Part shown: piece by piece, positions 8,193 to 17,438 of the stretch | Layout: each line of letters begins with the position of its first letter | Position numbering within the stretch: the first letter of the stretch is position 1 | DNA from: Dehalococcoidia bacterium | GTDB lineage: Bacteria; Chloroflexota; Dehalococcoidia; Lucifugimonadales; UBA3495 | Assembly (NCBI GenBank): GCA_965203195.1 | Contig: OZ241860.1 | Coordinates: forward strand, 1,555,362-1,619,361 | Length of the DNA: 64,000 nt | Direction of reading: 5' to 3' | Notes under the pieces: model-generated | What the model was told of the DNA's origin: nothing | The model's input: the letters and a program-made list of their open reading frames with translations, nothing else | The model's database searches: none | Made by a program: the position numbers and the translations under genes

Positions 8193-9401
8193 TCATTTCG
8201 GGAAGCCCGCCGGCTGCAACGCCGCCGCCAGGTCGGGATGCAGGGCGCTTGCCGGCTTGTCGATGCCCACATACCCTAGGCGGGCGAGATAGTGCCGGAT
8301 GTAGTCGGCGCGCAGGCGGGACACGGCCATCATTCCCATGCCGATGGCGCTGACGGAACCGCCGGCGATGATGGCCAGCGCCTCCCACAGCGCCGGGTCT
8401 TTCATTTCGCCGGCCATATCCTTTTCAATGGAACCGAGGATGCGGCGCAACGATACGCCGAAGTCGGGGCCTTTCACGGCCACCGTGTGCTTGAGCATCG
8501 CCTGCCCGTAGGCCAGATGCCGGGCCTTGTCTTGCAGGCACAGGCTGAACAGCCGGCGGTCCACCGGGTTGCCGGCGAAGTGCGCCCCGAAGCGGTACAG
8601 CATCAGGGTGAGGACGGCGCGCGCGATGTACATTGACACGGCCACTTCCGGCCAGCCGGCGCGGGTTTCCAGCATCCGGCGGCTCATAAAGCCGGGCGAT
8701 TCCAGTCCCAGGGCGCCGCCGTTGCAGAGGGCGCGGTGGCGCATCGCCTCAAAATGGCGCGCCGCGTCGAATTCCTGCGTCGCCAGAAACATTTTGGGTT
8801 CAATGTAGGCGTAGTTCATCCGGTGCAGCCACTGGCCGATGGTGTCGATCTCGGCGGTGGCGTGGTGTCCCAGTTCGGTGCAGAGCTGGCACCAGGCCAG
8901 TTCCACATCATGCGGCTGGGCCGGCAGCGCGTCCCAGGAGATGTCCTGCATTGCGTTCCAGCGCCGCTGGATGGCTTCCTCGTAGAGGGTGGCGGCGTTG
9001 TCCGACCACAGTTCATCCTTGCGGTTCACGGAGTAGTTGTCCAGGCGGGGCATCCCCGGCGTGGCGAAAGAGCCGCGGGGCATCCGGGTCATTTCCCGGC
9101 TTTCGTCGGGGATTTCGCCGTAGATGCCCGTAGCGATGGCCTGCACGGTGAGGCCGTGGGGCGACAGGGCGGCGCGGGTGCCCCACTGCCGGGTGTCTTT
9201 CATCCAGGGAAAACGTTCTGTGGGAGATTGAGGCGGCGTCTTGGCGGCATTGTCATCACTCGCCGGGGATGCCGGGGCATCGTCGGCGGCAACATCCTCC
9301 TGGACGCGGCCGGCGGCGGAGGAACGGTAGCGGCCGGTGGGGTCGCTGTCGTCAGCAGAGCCGGCGGGATGGACGCCATTACCGGGGTTTTGTGTAGTCA
9401 T
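8193..9401 (-). CDS. Ferritin-like/diiron-oxygenase-family paralog with degenerate metal motifs
   Basis: Paralog of 11672..12769. The two DExRH-type motifs read FDAARH and DKARH. The start (MTTQNPG at 9401, or 9464) is uncertain. Confidence 0.6.
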   Translation of the reverse strand: MTTQNPGNGVHPAGSADDSDPTGRYRSSAAGRVQEDVAADDAPASPASDDNAAKTPPQSPTERFPWMKDTRQWGTRAALSPHGLTVQAIATGIYGEIPDESREMTRMPRGSFATPGMPRLDNYSVNRKDELWSDNAATLYEEAIQRRWNAMQDISWDALPAQPHDVELAWCQLCTELGHHATAEIDTIGQWLHRMNYAYIEPKMFLATQEFDAARHFEAMRHRALCNGGALGLESPGFMSRRMLETRAGWPEVAVSMYIARAVLTLMLYRFGAHFAGNPVDRRLFSLCLQDKARHLAYGQAMLKHTVAVKGPDFGVSLRRILGSIEKDMAGEMKDPALWEALAIIAGGSVSAIGMGMMAVSRLRADYIRHYLARLGYVGIDKPASALHPDLAAALQPAGFPK

Positions 9402-9460
9402 AAGGCGGCACCATAAGTTGAGTTGACGGCGGATTGATGATGCGGGGGCAGTTGGGCGGA

Positions 9461-9841
9461 TCAAGTTGCGCCATCGCCGGCGCCGGCGTCCACCAGCGGT
9501 TCCAGTTTGTCCAGCAGCGTTTGGATGTCGTCCAGGCCCAGGAGTACATCGTTGGAGCTGTCGGCATTCTCGTAGAAGTTAGTATGCAAATCGCTGGCCA
9601 CCCGGTACAGCCGGCTGATTTCCCGGTCGCCGGTTTCCTGCACCAGTCGCGTAGCCGCCTGACGGATGTGCCGGTGACTACGGTGGGGCCAGCCGCGCTG
9701 CTCGGCGATGGACTTGAGCATTTGGGCGGTTGCGCCCCAGCCTTTTTCGGAGGCTTGGCGCGTGTCGCCTTGCCCGAGCTCGGCCCGCGCCTGCGCCAAA
9801 AGCGACCGGCTGGCGCTCTGATAAGTTTTGACCTGTTGCAT
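9461..9841 (-). CDS. HEPN-like (PaREP1-type) helical protein, copy A
   Basis: 126 aa. GDTRQASEKGWGATAQMLKSIA and RLYRVASDLHTNFYE (an R-x5-H motif). AGGAGA upstream of the ATG at 9841. Confidence 0.6.
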   Translation of the reverse strand: MQQVKTYQSASRSLLAQARAELGQGDTRQASEKGWGATAQMLKSIAEQRGWPHRSHRHIRQAATRLVQETGDREISRLYRVASDLHTNFYENADSSNDVLLGLDDIQTLLDKLEPLVDAGAGDGAT

Positions 9842-9911
9842 AAAGCTCTCCTGCGTTCCGGGTGTGGCGTGCGCGCCTTATCCCATCCGCCGGCTGGGAG
9901 GCTAGGCCGGA

Positions 9912-10244
9912 TTAATCGGCGGCAATGTCAGCTTTTGCCGGCTTGTCCGCGATGTCGCCATTGCCCGGCTGGTTCGCCGCGATGCGCGCCAGCGTTTCCC
10001 GGTAGCGGGCTTCCAGCCTGAGCCAGAGTTGCGCCGAGATGCCCAGCTCTTTTTCCAACCCGGCGGCAATATCAAGCGTGATGACCTGTTCCCCGGTGAA
10101 GATTTTGAACATCACATCCCCCGACAAGCCGAGCCTGTCGGCCATTTCGATCGGCGGGATGTCCCGGAATTCCAGTTCCTCCGCCAGGGTTTCGCCGGGC
10201 GGTATCGCCAAATTGGAAAACAAGTTCCTGTTGCTAGTCGTCAT
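9912..10244 (-). CDS. higA: HigA-family antitoxin (XRE-type HTH)
   Basis: IPPGETLAEELEFRDIPPIEMADRLGLSGDVMFKIFTGEQVITLDIAAGLEKELGISAQLWLRLEARY matches the HigA antidote pattern. Overlaps the toxin gene by 11 nt. Confidence 0.8.
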   Translation of the reverse strand: MTTSNRNLFSNLAIPPGETLAEELEFRDIPPIEMADRLGLSGDVMFKIFTGEQVITLDIAAGLEKELGISAQLWLRLEARYRETLARIAANQPGNGDIADKPAKADIAAD

Positions 10245-10533
10245 AATGATTGCTCACCTCATTAATGATGACGCTTTGCGCCGTATCCCCCCGGGTTACG
10301 ATGAGACGCCATCGCCCTGTCAGGTAAATGGAAAATTCTCCCGTTCGCGACCCGCGCAGAGGATGCAAACGCAGGTGGGAATATTCATACAACTGACGAA
10401 AACGCTCAACCTCGAGAATTTTGTCAATGCGGTTGATGTACATTCGCCCGGCATCGTATCCCCATTGCATCGCGGCGCGGCGCACATCCTCGTAATTACG
10501 CTGCAACCGCCTGGTGCGAAAAATAACCTCCAT
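10234..10533 (-). CDS. higB: HigB-like (RelE/ParE superfamily, plasmid-maintenance killer type) toxin
   Basis: 99 aa. LHPLRGSRTGEFSIYLTGRWRLIVTRGD...VIINEVSNHY. GGAGG upstream. Toxin-first order typical of higBA. Confidence 0.75.
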   Translation of the reverse strand: MEVIFRTRRLQRNYEDVRRAAMQWGYDAGRMYINRIDKILEVERFRQLYEYSHLRLHPLRGSRTGEFSIYLTGRWRLIVTRGDTAQSVIINEVSNHYDD

Positions 10534-10748
10534 CGTACCTCCACGCTATGCCACGGTTGACCAGCAATCAACCAGTAACATGGCTACCATAAGAATGGCG
10601 ATAGGCCGACTTGCGGTCGGGCAATGGCAAGTAAGAACGCTGAGGCCCTGCCAGCGCGCTCACCTGCCTGACGACCACGAATACGACTGTGATGACGGTT
10701 CCCCAATTGGGTTGAAACTTGCCGGGTTGACGACGGCGGGGCCAACTT

Positions 10749-11147
10749 TCATTCCGATTGCCGGGACAATTCGTTATTGCGGTCAGGCCGGGCCAGAGGC
10801 CCCAGTTTGTCCAGGAGTCGGCGCACATCCTCCAGTCCCGCGGCTACATCAGCAGCAGTGTCCAGATCTTCGTAGAAGTTGATGTGCAGGCTGTCGGCTA
10901 CCCGGTACAACCGGCGTATTTCCGCATCTCTGGTTTCGTCCGCCAGCCGACTGGCCACGCGCCGGATCAGCCGGTGGCCTCGATGCCCCCATCCCCGATG
11001 CTGGGCAATGGATTTGAGCATCTGGGCCGTTGCGCCCCAAGCCTTTTCGGATGCCTGGCGCGTGTCGCCCTGCTCCAGTTCGGCGATAGCTTGGGTCAGC
11101 AGCGTCCGGCTGGCGTCCTGGTACATCTGAACTTGCGTAGTGACCAT
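10749..11147 (-). CDS. HEPN-like (PaREP1-type) helical protein, copy B
   Basis: 132 aa. Same motifs as copy A (GDTRQASEKAWGATAQMLKSIA, RLYRVADSLHINFYE). Confidence 0.6.
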   Translation of the reverse strand: MVTTQVQMYQDASRTLLTQAIAELEQGDTRQASEKAWGATAQMLKSIAQHRGWGHRGHRLIRRVASRLADETRDAEIRRLYRVADSLHINFYEDLDTAADVAAGLEDVRRLLDKLGPLARPDRNNELSRQSE

Positions 11148-11220
11148 ACTGCTACCCTCTGATATGACGGCGACCGGATTCTATGGTGATACTCAACGGG
11201 GCGTCGCCTTGTAGCAACCA

Positions 11221-11595
11221 TCAGCCTTCGGTGTCATCAAGGCAAGGCGCCAGTTTGTCCAACAGACGCCGCACATCATCCAATCCGGCCTTTACATCCG
11301 CGGCGGTGTCCGTGCCTTCGTAGAAATTGGTATGCAAATCGCTGGCAACCCGGTACAGCCGGCGTATTTCCGCATCTCCGGTTTCGTCCGCCAGCCGGCT
11401 GGCCACGCGCCGGATCAGCCGGTGGCCCCGATGCTCCCATCCCCGATGCTGGGCAATAGACTTGAGCATCTGTGCCGTTGCGCCCCAGCCCTTTTCGGAT
11501 GCCTGGCGCGTGTCGCCCTGCTCAAGCTCGGCAAAACCCTGCACCAGCAGCGTCCGGCTAGCATCTAGGTAGGTTTGAACCTGCGCCGTGACCAT
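11221..11595 (-). CDS. HEPN-like (PaREP1-type) helical protein, copy C
   Basis: ORF 11221..11739. Start placed at MVTAQVQTY (ATG at 11595) by alignment with copy B. RLYRVASDLHTNFYE. Confidence 0.6.
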   Translation of the reverse strand: MVTAQVQTYLDASRTLLVQGFAELEQGDTRQASEKGWGATAQMLKSIAQHRGWEHRGHRLIRRVASRLADETGDAEIRRLYRVASDLHTNFYEGTDTAADVKAGLDDVRRLLDKLAPCLDDTEG

Positions 11596-11671
11596 TGCTG
11601 CCTTCCTGTATGCCGTTCCGGTATGCCGTTGTCCGGCCGGCCAAGCACTGGCCGGCCGGATACAACCGATG

Positions 11672-12769
11672 CTACGCAGCGGCCTTGTAAGCTTCCAGCA
11701 GGGCGGGGTTGACGCGGCCGTTCTCAATGCGGTCGTCAAAGCCGCAGGACTTCAGGCGCTGGAAGTATTCCTTCACCTGCCGCTGCCGGATGGCGGCCAG
11801 GATTTTCTGGCCTTCCTCCGCCTTGTCCGCGCCGCCGCCCAGCAGGATGGCCAGCGACTCGGCGGTCAGGTTGGCGCTGCGGGCGGCCGGGTTTTCGCCG
11901 CCGTTGCCCGTGGCCTGCCGGTCCTCGGCCTCGTCCAAGTAGGCGTGGATCTCCTCGCGGCGTTCCGGCGTGCATTCGTTCATATAGCGGGCGTGGAGGA
12001 CGCCAAAGGCCACATGGCGCGCCTCGTCCTGGGCGGCGCGGCGATAGATGGCCTTTTCGGCGTCGTTGTACGCCATCAGCTCGCCCAGCCGGAACAGCGT
12101 CAGCACATTGCCCTCGCCCACGATGTGCAGGCGACTGGACATTTCGGTGAACTCCCGGGCGTTGTCGGTACTGCCGCCGGTGACGTCGCTCACCGAGTCG
12201 ATCATCCGCATCAGGCCGCCGCCGTTGGCCAGGGCGCGCTTGCGGAACACCTCCATATGACGGGATTCGTCCATCACCTGCGTCAGCAGGAACATCCGCA
12301 CTTCGTGATAGTCGGGCGACATCTGGGCGATGAACCGGCCCGGCACATCGGCGGCGACAAACTCCACCTGAGCGAAAAAGGTCGCCAGCTGGCACTGGGC
12401 CGCTTCAATGTCATCGGGCAGCGGGCGCAGCGTGGGCCACGGAATGTCCGTAGCCGACGACCACTGCCGGGAGACGGCTTCCTGGTACAGCTTGGTCAGG
12501 TTGTAGCCCCAGACTTCGTTCTTGTCCCGGAATGTGTAGGCGGCGAATTGCGGCACACCCGCGCGGGGTAGCGCGCCCCGGGTGCGCTGGGTCTGGTTGG
12601 GCGATTCGTCCAGCAGGCCGGGCGTGTTATCGGCCAGCGTGGGGTCGTTGGCGAGCTCCGCGGCGGCGCCGGGAATCTGTTCCTTCAGCTGCTGCAGCCA
12701 GTTCAGGCTGAAACCGTCCCGGACGGTTTGCTCCATTTCCAGAGCGGGGCGTTCCTGCAAAGTGGTCAT
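11672..12769 (-). CDS. Ferritin-like diiron-carboxylate protein (AurF-like/diiron oxygenase family)
   Basis: 365 aa with two canonical motifs, QVMDESRHMEVF and AAQDEARHVAFG. GAGGAA upstream of the ATG at 12769. Confidence 0.65.
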   Translation of the reverse strand: MTTLQERPALEMEQTVRDGFSLNWLQQLKEQIPGAAAELANDPTLADNTPGLLDESPNQTQRTRGALPRAGVPQFAAYTFRDKNEVWGYNLTKLYQEAVSRQWSSATDIPWPTLRPLPDDIEAAQCQLATFFAQVEFVAADVPGRFIAQMSPDYHEVRMFLLTQVMDESRHMEVFRKRALANGGGLMRMIDSVSDVTGGSTDNAREFTEMSSRLHIVGEGNVLTLFRLGELMAYNDAEKAIYRRAAQDEARHVAFGVLHARYMNECTPERREEIHAYLDEAEDRQATGNGGENPAARSANLTAESLAILLGGGADKAEEGQKILAAIRQRQVKEYFQRLKSCGFDDRIENGRVNPALLEAYKAAA

Positions 12770-12847
12770 AGTAGTTCCTCACGACCGGGGAAGCGACCGA
12801 TAGTTGCGATGCTTTGCGGGCAATGTACCCGATATGGCGGCTTATCG

Positions 12848-13627
12848 TCAAGCGGAACGGTTGCGGACGCCGGGCATCCCCAGCCGCCGCTCGGTGCCGT
12901 TGGCGATGCGCCGGATGTTGTCCCGGTGCTGCCAGATGATGATGGCGCCGCCCACCAGCGCATAGACGGCATAAAGCCGGTGGTGGGCGCCGGCCAGCGT
13001 CAACGCCAGGCTCAACGCCGCCACCGTCACCGTGGCGGCAATGCTGCCCAATGACAGGTAACGGCTGGTCAGCGTCACCGCCAGGAACAGGGCAATGCCG
13101 GCCAGCGCCAGCCAGGGCGCCATCACCGACAGCGCGCCTACGCCGGGCATAATGCCCCGCCCGCCGCGAAAGCGCAGGAACACCGGCCAGTTATGCCCGC
13201 ACAGCGCCGCCAGCGCCGCCGCTATTTCCGCCAGTTCCGTAGCCTGCGTCTCGCCTGTTCCGATGGCGTGCCGCGCCAGCAGCACGGCGAAAATGCCCTT
13301 GCCGGCGTCCAGCACGAACACCAGCGCCGCCGCCCGGCCGCCGGCTGTCCGCAGGATGTTGGACATTCCGGTGCGCCCGCTGCCGAAGTTGCGGATGTCC
13401 TCGCCCATCGTAAGGTTGACGAATATGTAACCCCAGGACACTGCCCCGGCCAGGTAAGCGATGACACCGACGGCGGCGTAGCGCGCGGCCAGCGCTCCTT
13501 CCGACGGGGCCAGCTGCCACAGGACGAAGGCCGCTGCCGCCAGCAACGGCGCTACGGCTAGCATCGTCCAGGCGGCGGGGTTGGCGCGGCGCAGGGAAGG
13601 CATCGTATCCTGCCGGCGGCGGAACAT
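12848..13627 (-). CDS. plsY: Glycerol-3-phosphate acyltransferase PlsY
   Basis: GSGRTGMSNILRTAG, LDAGKG, GHNWPVFLRFRGGRG. The start overlaps the der stop (TAATG). Confidence 0.85.
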   Translation of the reverse strand: MFRRRQDTMPSLRRANPAAWTMLAVAPLLAAAAFVLWQLAPSEGALAARYAAVGVIAYLAGAVSWGYIFVNLTMGEDIRNFGSGRTGMSNILRTAGGRAAALVFVLDAGKGIFAVLLARHAIGTGETQATELAEIAAALAALCGHNWPVFLRFRGGRGIMPGVGALSVMAPWLALAGIALFLAVTLTSRYLSLGSIAATVTVAALSLALTLAGAHHRLYAVYALVGGAIIIWQHRDNIRRIANGTERRLGMPGVRNRSA

Positions 13628-15213
13628 TACGCAGGCGGGCGGCGGGCCGGAGCATGGCCGCGGACGCCGGCGCGGGTTGTCCGGGTTTCCCGCTCCGGGC
13701 GGAAAATCAGACGCAGGTGAGTGCGGTCAAAGCCGAAACGGTTGCGGATCTGGTTCTCCAGGTAGCGTTGGTAGGAAAAGTGCAGCAGCTTGGGGTCGTT
13801 GACCGAAAAGGCGAAAGTAGGCGGGTTGACGCCCACCTGCCGCACCCGGCGGATCCGCAACCGATGGCGAATGTTGCCCCGTTGGGCCGGCGGCGTGTGC
13901 GCCGACACCGCATCCGCGAGCAGATACTGCAACTCCCGGAAAGGCACGCGTTTTTGCCGTTCCCGCCACAGCGACAGGGCGGTATCCAGCAAATCGTCAA
14001 TCCCCTCTCCGGTGAGCGCCGAGGTGAAGCACACCGGCACATAGGGCATAAAGTGCAGCCGTTCCCGCACCCGGTGCAGGCTGCGTTCCATCCGAAAGCG
14101 GTTGCGGTTCACCAGGTCCCACTTGTTGACTACCACAATGAGGCCCCGGTTGGTGTCCCACGCCAGGCCGGCGATGTGGGCGTCCTGCGCGGTGGCCAGT
14201 TCGGTGGCGTCGGTGACCAGCAGAGTAATGTCGCTGCGATGGACGGCGTTGACGGCGCGCAGCACGCTGTACTTCTCAATGCCCCGCTGCACCTGACCCG
14301 GCCGGCGGATGCCGGCGGTGTCCACCAGCGTGATGGTATGGTCGCGGTAGGCAACGGGCGTGTCCAGTGCATCCCGCGTAGTGCCGGCCACCGGGCTGAC
14401 GATGCTGCGTTCCGCTCCGATGATGGCATTAGTGAGCAGGGACTTGCCCACATTAGTGCGGCCGACAATGGCCACACGCAACTCGGTGGGCGGCGCGGCG
14501 TCGGCGTCGGCCGCAACGGCATCCGCATCGGCTTGGACTTCGTCATCGCCGGCGTCCGGACCGGGCAGCATATCCGGGCCGTCCGCATCCCAATCCCACA
14601 GGTCGGCCAGTTCGGGCGCCGGCAGCAGCTCAATGATGCGCTCCAGCAAGTCGTAGATGCCATAGTTGTGATAGGCGGAGATGAACGCCGTTTCGGGCAT
14701 CCCCAGCCCGTAGAACTCGGCGGCGGCGATTTCCCGGTTGTCGTTGTCCACCTTGTTGACGGCCAGAATGACGGGTTTGTCGGTGCGCCGCAGTCGCTGC
14801 GCCACCGCTTCGTCGGTCGCTGTAACGCCCTGGATAGCGTCGGCAAGAAAGACGATGACCTCGGCGGCGCTCATGGCCATATCGGCCTGTTGCTGGACAC
14901 GCTGGGGAATATGCCCCTCCGGGTCATCCTCCAGACCGCCGGTGTCAACCAGCAGAAAGGGCCGGCCTTTCCAGGATGCGCGGCTGATCAGGCGGTCGCG
15001 CGTTGTCCCCGCCACTGGGGACACGATGGCGTGGCGCCGGGACAGAATGCGGTTGAACAGCGATGATTTGCCCACATTGGGCCGGCCGATGATGGCCACC
15101 ATCGGGATGGCATCAACTACGGTCTGGCGCGGCGCCGGCTGCGGATCCCCGGATGGGACGATAGCGGGCGGCGTAGTAGCCATGGCGGCTGCGGTGTAAT
15201 CAGAAGTAGTCAT
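13627..15213 (-). CDS. der: Ribosome-biogenesis GTPase Der (EngA), two GTPase domains plus KH-like domain
   Basis: Two P-loops (GRPNVGKSSLFN, GRTNVGKSLLTN), DTGG/DTAG, NKVD/NKWD. An acidic insert lies between the G domains. Confidence 0.9.
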   Translation of the reverse strand: MTTSDYTAAAMATTPPAIVPSGDPQPAPRQTVVDAIPMVAIIGRPNVGKSSLFNRILSRRHAIVSPVAGTTRDRLISRASWKGRPFLLVDTGGLEDDPEGHIPQRVQQQADMAMSAAEVIVFLADAIQGVTATDEAVAQRLRRTDKPVILAVNKVDNDNREIAAAEFYGLGMPETAFISAYHNYGIYDLLERIIELLPAPELADLWDWDADGPDMLPGPDAGDDEVQADADAVAADADAAPPTELRVAIVGRTNVGKSLLTNAIIGAERSIVSPVAGTTRDALDTPVAYRDHTITLVDTAGIRRPGQVQRGIEKYSVLRAVNAVHRSDITLLVTDATELATAQDAHIAGLAWDTNRGLIVVVNKWDLVNRNRFRMERSLHRVRERLHFMPYVPVCFTSALTGEGIDDLLDTALSLWRERQKRVPFRELQYLLADAVSAHTPPAQRGNIRHRLRIRRVRQVGVNPPTFAFSVNDPKLLHFSYQRYLENQIRNRFGFDRTHLRLIFRPERETRTTRAGVRGHAPARRPPA

Positions 15214-15222
15214 AACGGGTTG

Positions 15223-16008
15223 CTAACCTTGCCCGGAGGCATCGTCGCCGCTGTCGCTGCCATTGGCGGCCGGGCGTTGCCCGTTGACCTGCTGTTGCAG
15301 CAGTTGCAGCATAGTCTCCATAATGGCCTGCTGGGTGGCGGCCTGCTGGCGGCGCTCCGCTTCAGCCTGGCGACGTTCGGCCTCGGCCTGGCGGCGTTCG
15401 GCTTCGGCTTGACGGCGTTCCTCGCGAAAATCGCCGACCAGTTCGGCGAACATATTCTGCGCCGCATCCGCGCGTTGGTTCGCCTGCGTTATGGCCGCCG
15501 ACACCTGTTGCTGCGCCGCATCCGCGCGTTGGTTCGCCTGCGTTATGGCCGCCGACGCCTGTCGTTGCGTTTCAACCGCCTGCTGCTGCGCTTCGGCCAG
15601 CTGTTGTCGCGCTTCAATCATCAATTGGTGCGCTTCCTCGCGCCCCTCGGCCAGTTCTTTGCGGGCGTCATCCGCATCCTGGCGCGCTTCGGCCAACCGT
15701 TCCTCGGCGTGCTGGCGCGCTTTCTGTTCCCGGTTCAGCATATCGCGCATCATATACCTGTCGTAGCCTCCTTTGATAGCGACGGCGGCGAAACCGGCAC
15801 TGCCCGCTTTAAGCAGAATGTCCACGTTGATGTACTGGGCGATGATGCCGGGGTGGCACAGGCCGGCCTCGGCCGCCGCCGGGATGCATGGCGTCCTGGT
15901 AAAGTGCCACACCGTCCAGACGAAAGCCGCCGTGAGCGCGCCCAGCGCAAGGGCGCGCCACCAGTCAGCCAGAGTCCTCCGCCAGCGTTCCGCAGTGCGC
16001 TTGAGCAT
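15223..16008 (-). CDS. Membrane-anchored coiled-coil protein with internal repeats (hypothetical)
   Basis: 261 aa. N-terminal hydrophobic helix, then A/E/Q/R-rich repeats. Sits 10 nt downstream of der in the same orientation. Confidence 0.6.
   Translation of the reverse strand: MLKRTAERWRRTLADWWRALALGALTAAFVWTVWHFTRTPCIPAAAEAGLCHPGIIAQYINVDILLKAGSAGFAAVAIKGGYDRYMMRDMLNREQKARQHAEERLAEARQDADDARKELAEGREEAHQLMIEARQQLAEAQQQAVETQRQASAAITQANQRADAAQQQVSAAITQANQRADAAQNMFAELVGDFREERRQAEAERRQAEAERRQAEAERRQQAATQQAIMETMLQLLQQQVNGQRPAANGSDSGDDASGQG
15353..15564 (-). repeat. In-frame tandem repeats inside the coiled-coil gene (21 bp x3 and 54 bp x2)
   Basis: 21-bp units at 15353, 15374, 15395 encode RRQAEAE x3. 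54-bp units at 15457 and 15511 encode QQVSAAITQANQRADAAQ x2. Confidence 0.85.
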
Positions 16009-16025
16009 AAGCCGTTGCCGCTCCC

Positions 16026-16958
16026 TTATGATAGCAGAAATTCCAGCACGGCTTTCTGCGCGTGCAACCTGTTGTGCGCCTGCCGGTAGGCTACCGATTG
16101 CGGGTATTCCAGCATCCCCGGCGGCACCTCCTCCCCATAGTGCGCCGGCATATCGTGCATAAAGATGGCGCCGGGCGCGGCCTGCCTCATCAGCGCGTCG
16201 TCCACCGTGTAGCCCCGGAAATCGCGCCGCCGCTGTTCCGCCTCGGCTTCGTCGCCCATACTGGTCCAGACATCGGTATAGACAATGTGGGCGTCAACCA
16301 CAGCGTCCGCCGGGGGCACCAGGGGATGGACAGTGGGCCTGGAGCCGCCGTTGGCGCGGATGCCCCGGTCGCTGGCAACGGCGAATACCCCCTCCTCCAG
16401 CTGATAGCCGTGAGGCGCGGCGATGGCAAAGTTGATGCCTACCGCCGGCGCGCCCAGGCACAGGCTGCGCGCCACATTGTTGCCGTCGCCAATGTAGGCC
16501 AGATTCAGCCCGTCGGTATGACCGTAGCTTTCGGCCACCGTCAGCAGGTCGGCCATAATCTGGCAGGGATGCTCCACATCCGACAGGGCGTTGATGACCG
16601 GCACACTGCTGTACTGCGCCAGCTCCACCAGCGACTGGTGCCGATTGACCCGCGCCACAATGCCGTCCACATAGCCGCTGAGTACCCGCGCCACATCGGA
16701 CACCGGCTCACGCCGGCCCAGGCCCACCTCATCGGGCGACAGGTAAATGCCGAACCCGCCCAGTTCCTCAATGCCCACTGCAAAGCTGACCCGCGTACGC
16801 AAGGACGGCTTTTCAAAAAGCAGGGCGATGCGTTTGCCAGTCAGCGGCCGGATGCTGCCCGGCGGCGCCCCCTTCAGCTCCAGCGCCCGGTCAATCAGCC
16901 GGCGCGTTTCGGCGGGCGAGAAGTCGGTGATGGAAAGAAAATCGCGCTTGGAAGTCAT
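16026..16958 (-). CDS. argF: Ornithine carbamoyltransferase
   Basis: FEKPSLRTRVSF, HPCQIMADLLT, DGNNVARS, HDMPAHYGEEV. Confidence 0.9.
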   Translation of the reverse strand: MTSKRDFLSITDFSPAETRRLIDRALELKGAPPGSIRPLTGKRIALLFEKPSLRTRVSFAVGIEELGGFGIYLSPDEVGLGRREPVSDVARVLSGYVDGIVARVNRHQSLVELAQYSSVPVINALSDVEHPCQIMADLLTVAESYGHTDGLNLAYIGDGNNVARSLCLGAPAVGINFAIAAPHGYQLEEGVFAVASDRGIRANGGSRPTVHPLVPPADAVVDAHIVYTDVWTSMGDEAEAEQRRRDFRGYTVDDALMRQAAPGAIFMHDMPAHYGEEVPPGMLEYPQSVAYRQAHNRLHAQKAVLEFLLS

Positions 16959-17438
16959 ATCACCCGTCCGGTAGGGATGGTTGTTCGGTAGTGCTGCCCG
17001 GTTGCGGCTGTGACCATCGCGGCCGGCTTTGCTGCCGCAGATGAAAACGACAGCCGGGCCGGTCTGGCAAGACCAACCAGCGTGCTGCCGGCTCAGCCGT
17101 GGCCGATAGCGATGAGATATATGTTGCCGGCAATGATACGATAAAGCCGGCGGTCAGGCCCGGGCAGGAGTGCCTGGCATCTGAGGCGGCAACCGTCCGT
17201 TCGATGTCCGCCATCCTCCGCCGGTGGGTGCGTTCCTGTTGCTTCTCGAGCAATGGCGCAATGCGGACAATTGATACCGGGACTGTCTGCCCCGAAAGGA
17301 TAGGCGAGGATAGTTGAATCGGCGGTTCCTGCCGGCCATTTGCAACGCCCTCCGTGCGTCTTTGCCGAGCTCCGGTTAGCGACAGGATAGGCTATCTGCT
17401 ATGATAGCGCAAATCCAACTTATGGAGACACGGCCCCA

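Noticed and set aside
8193-12769. Encapsulin-type cargo system suggested by the ferritin-like genes.
   Set aside because: No HK97-fold shell gene is present. The proteins are far larger than Flp cargo and look like AurF-like or R2-like diiron enzymes.
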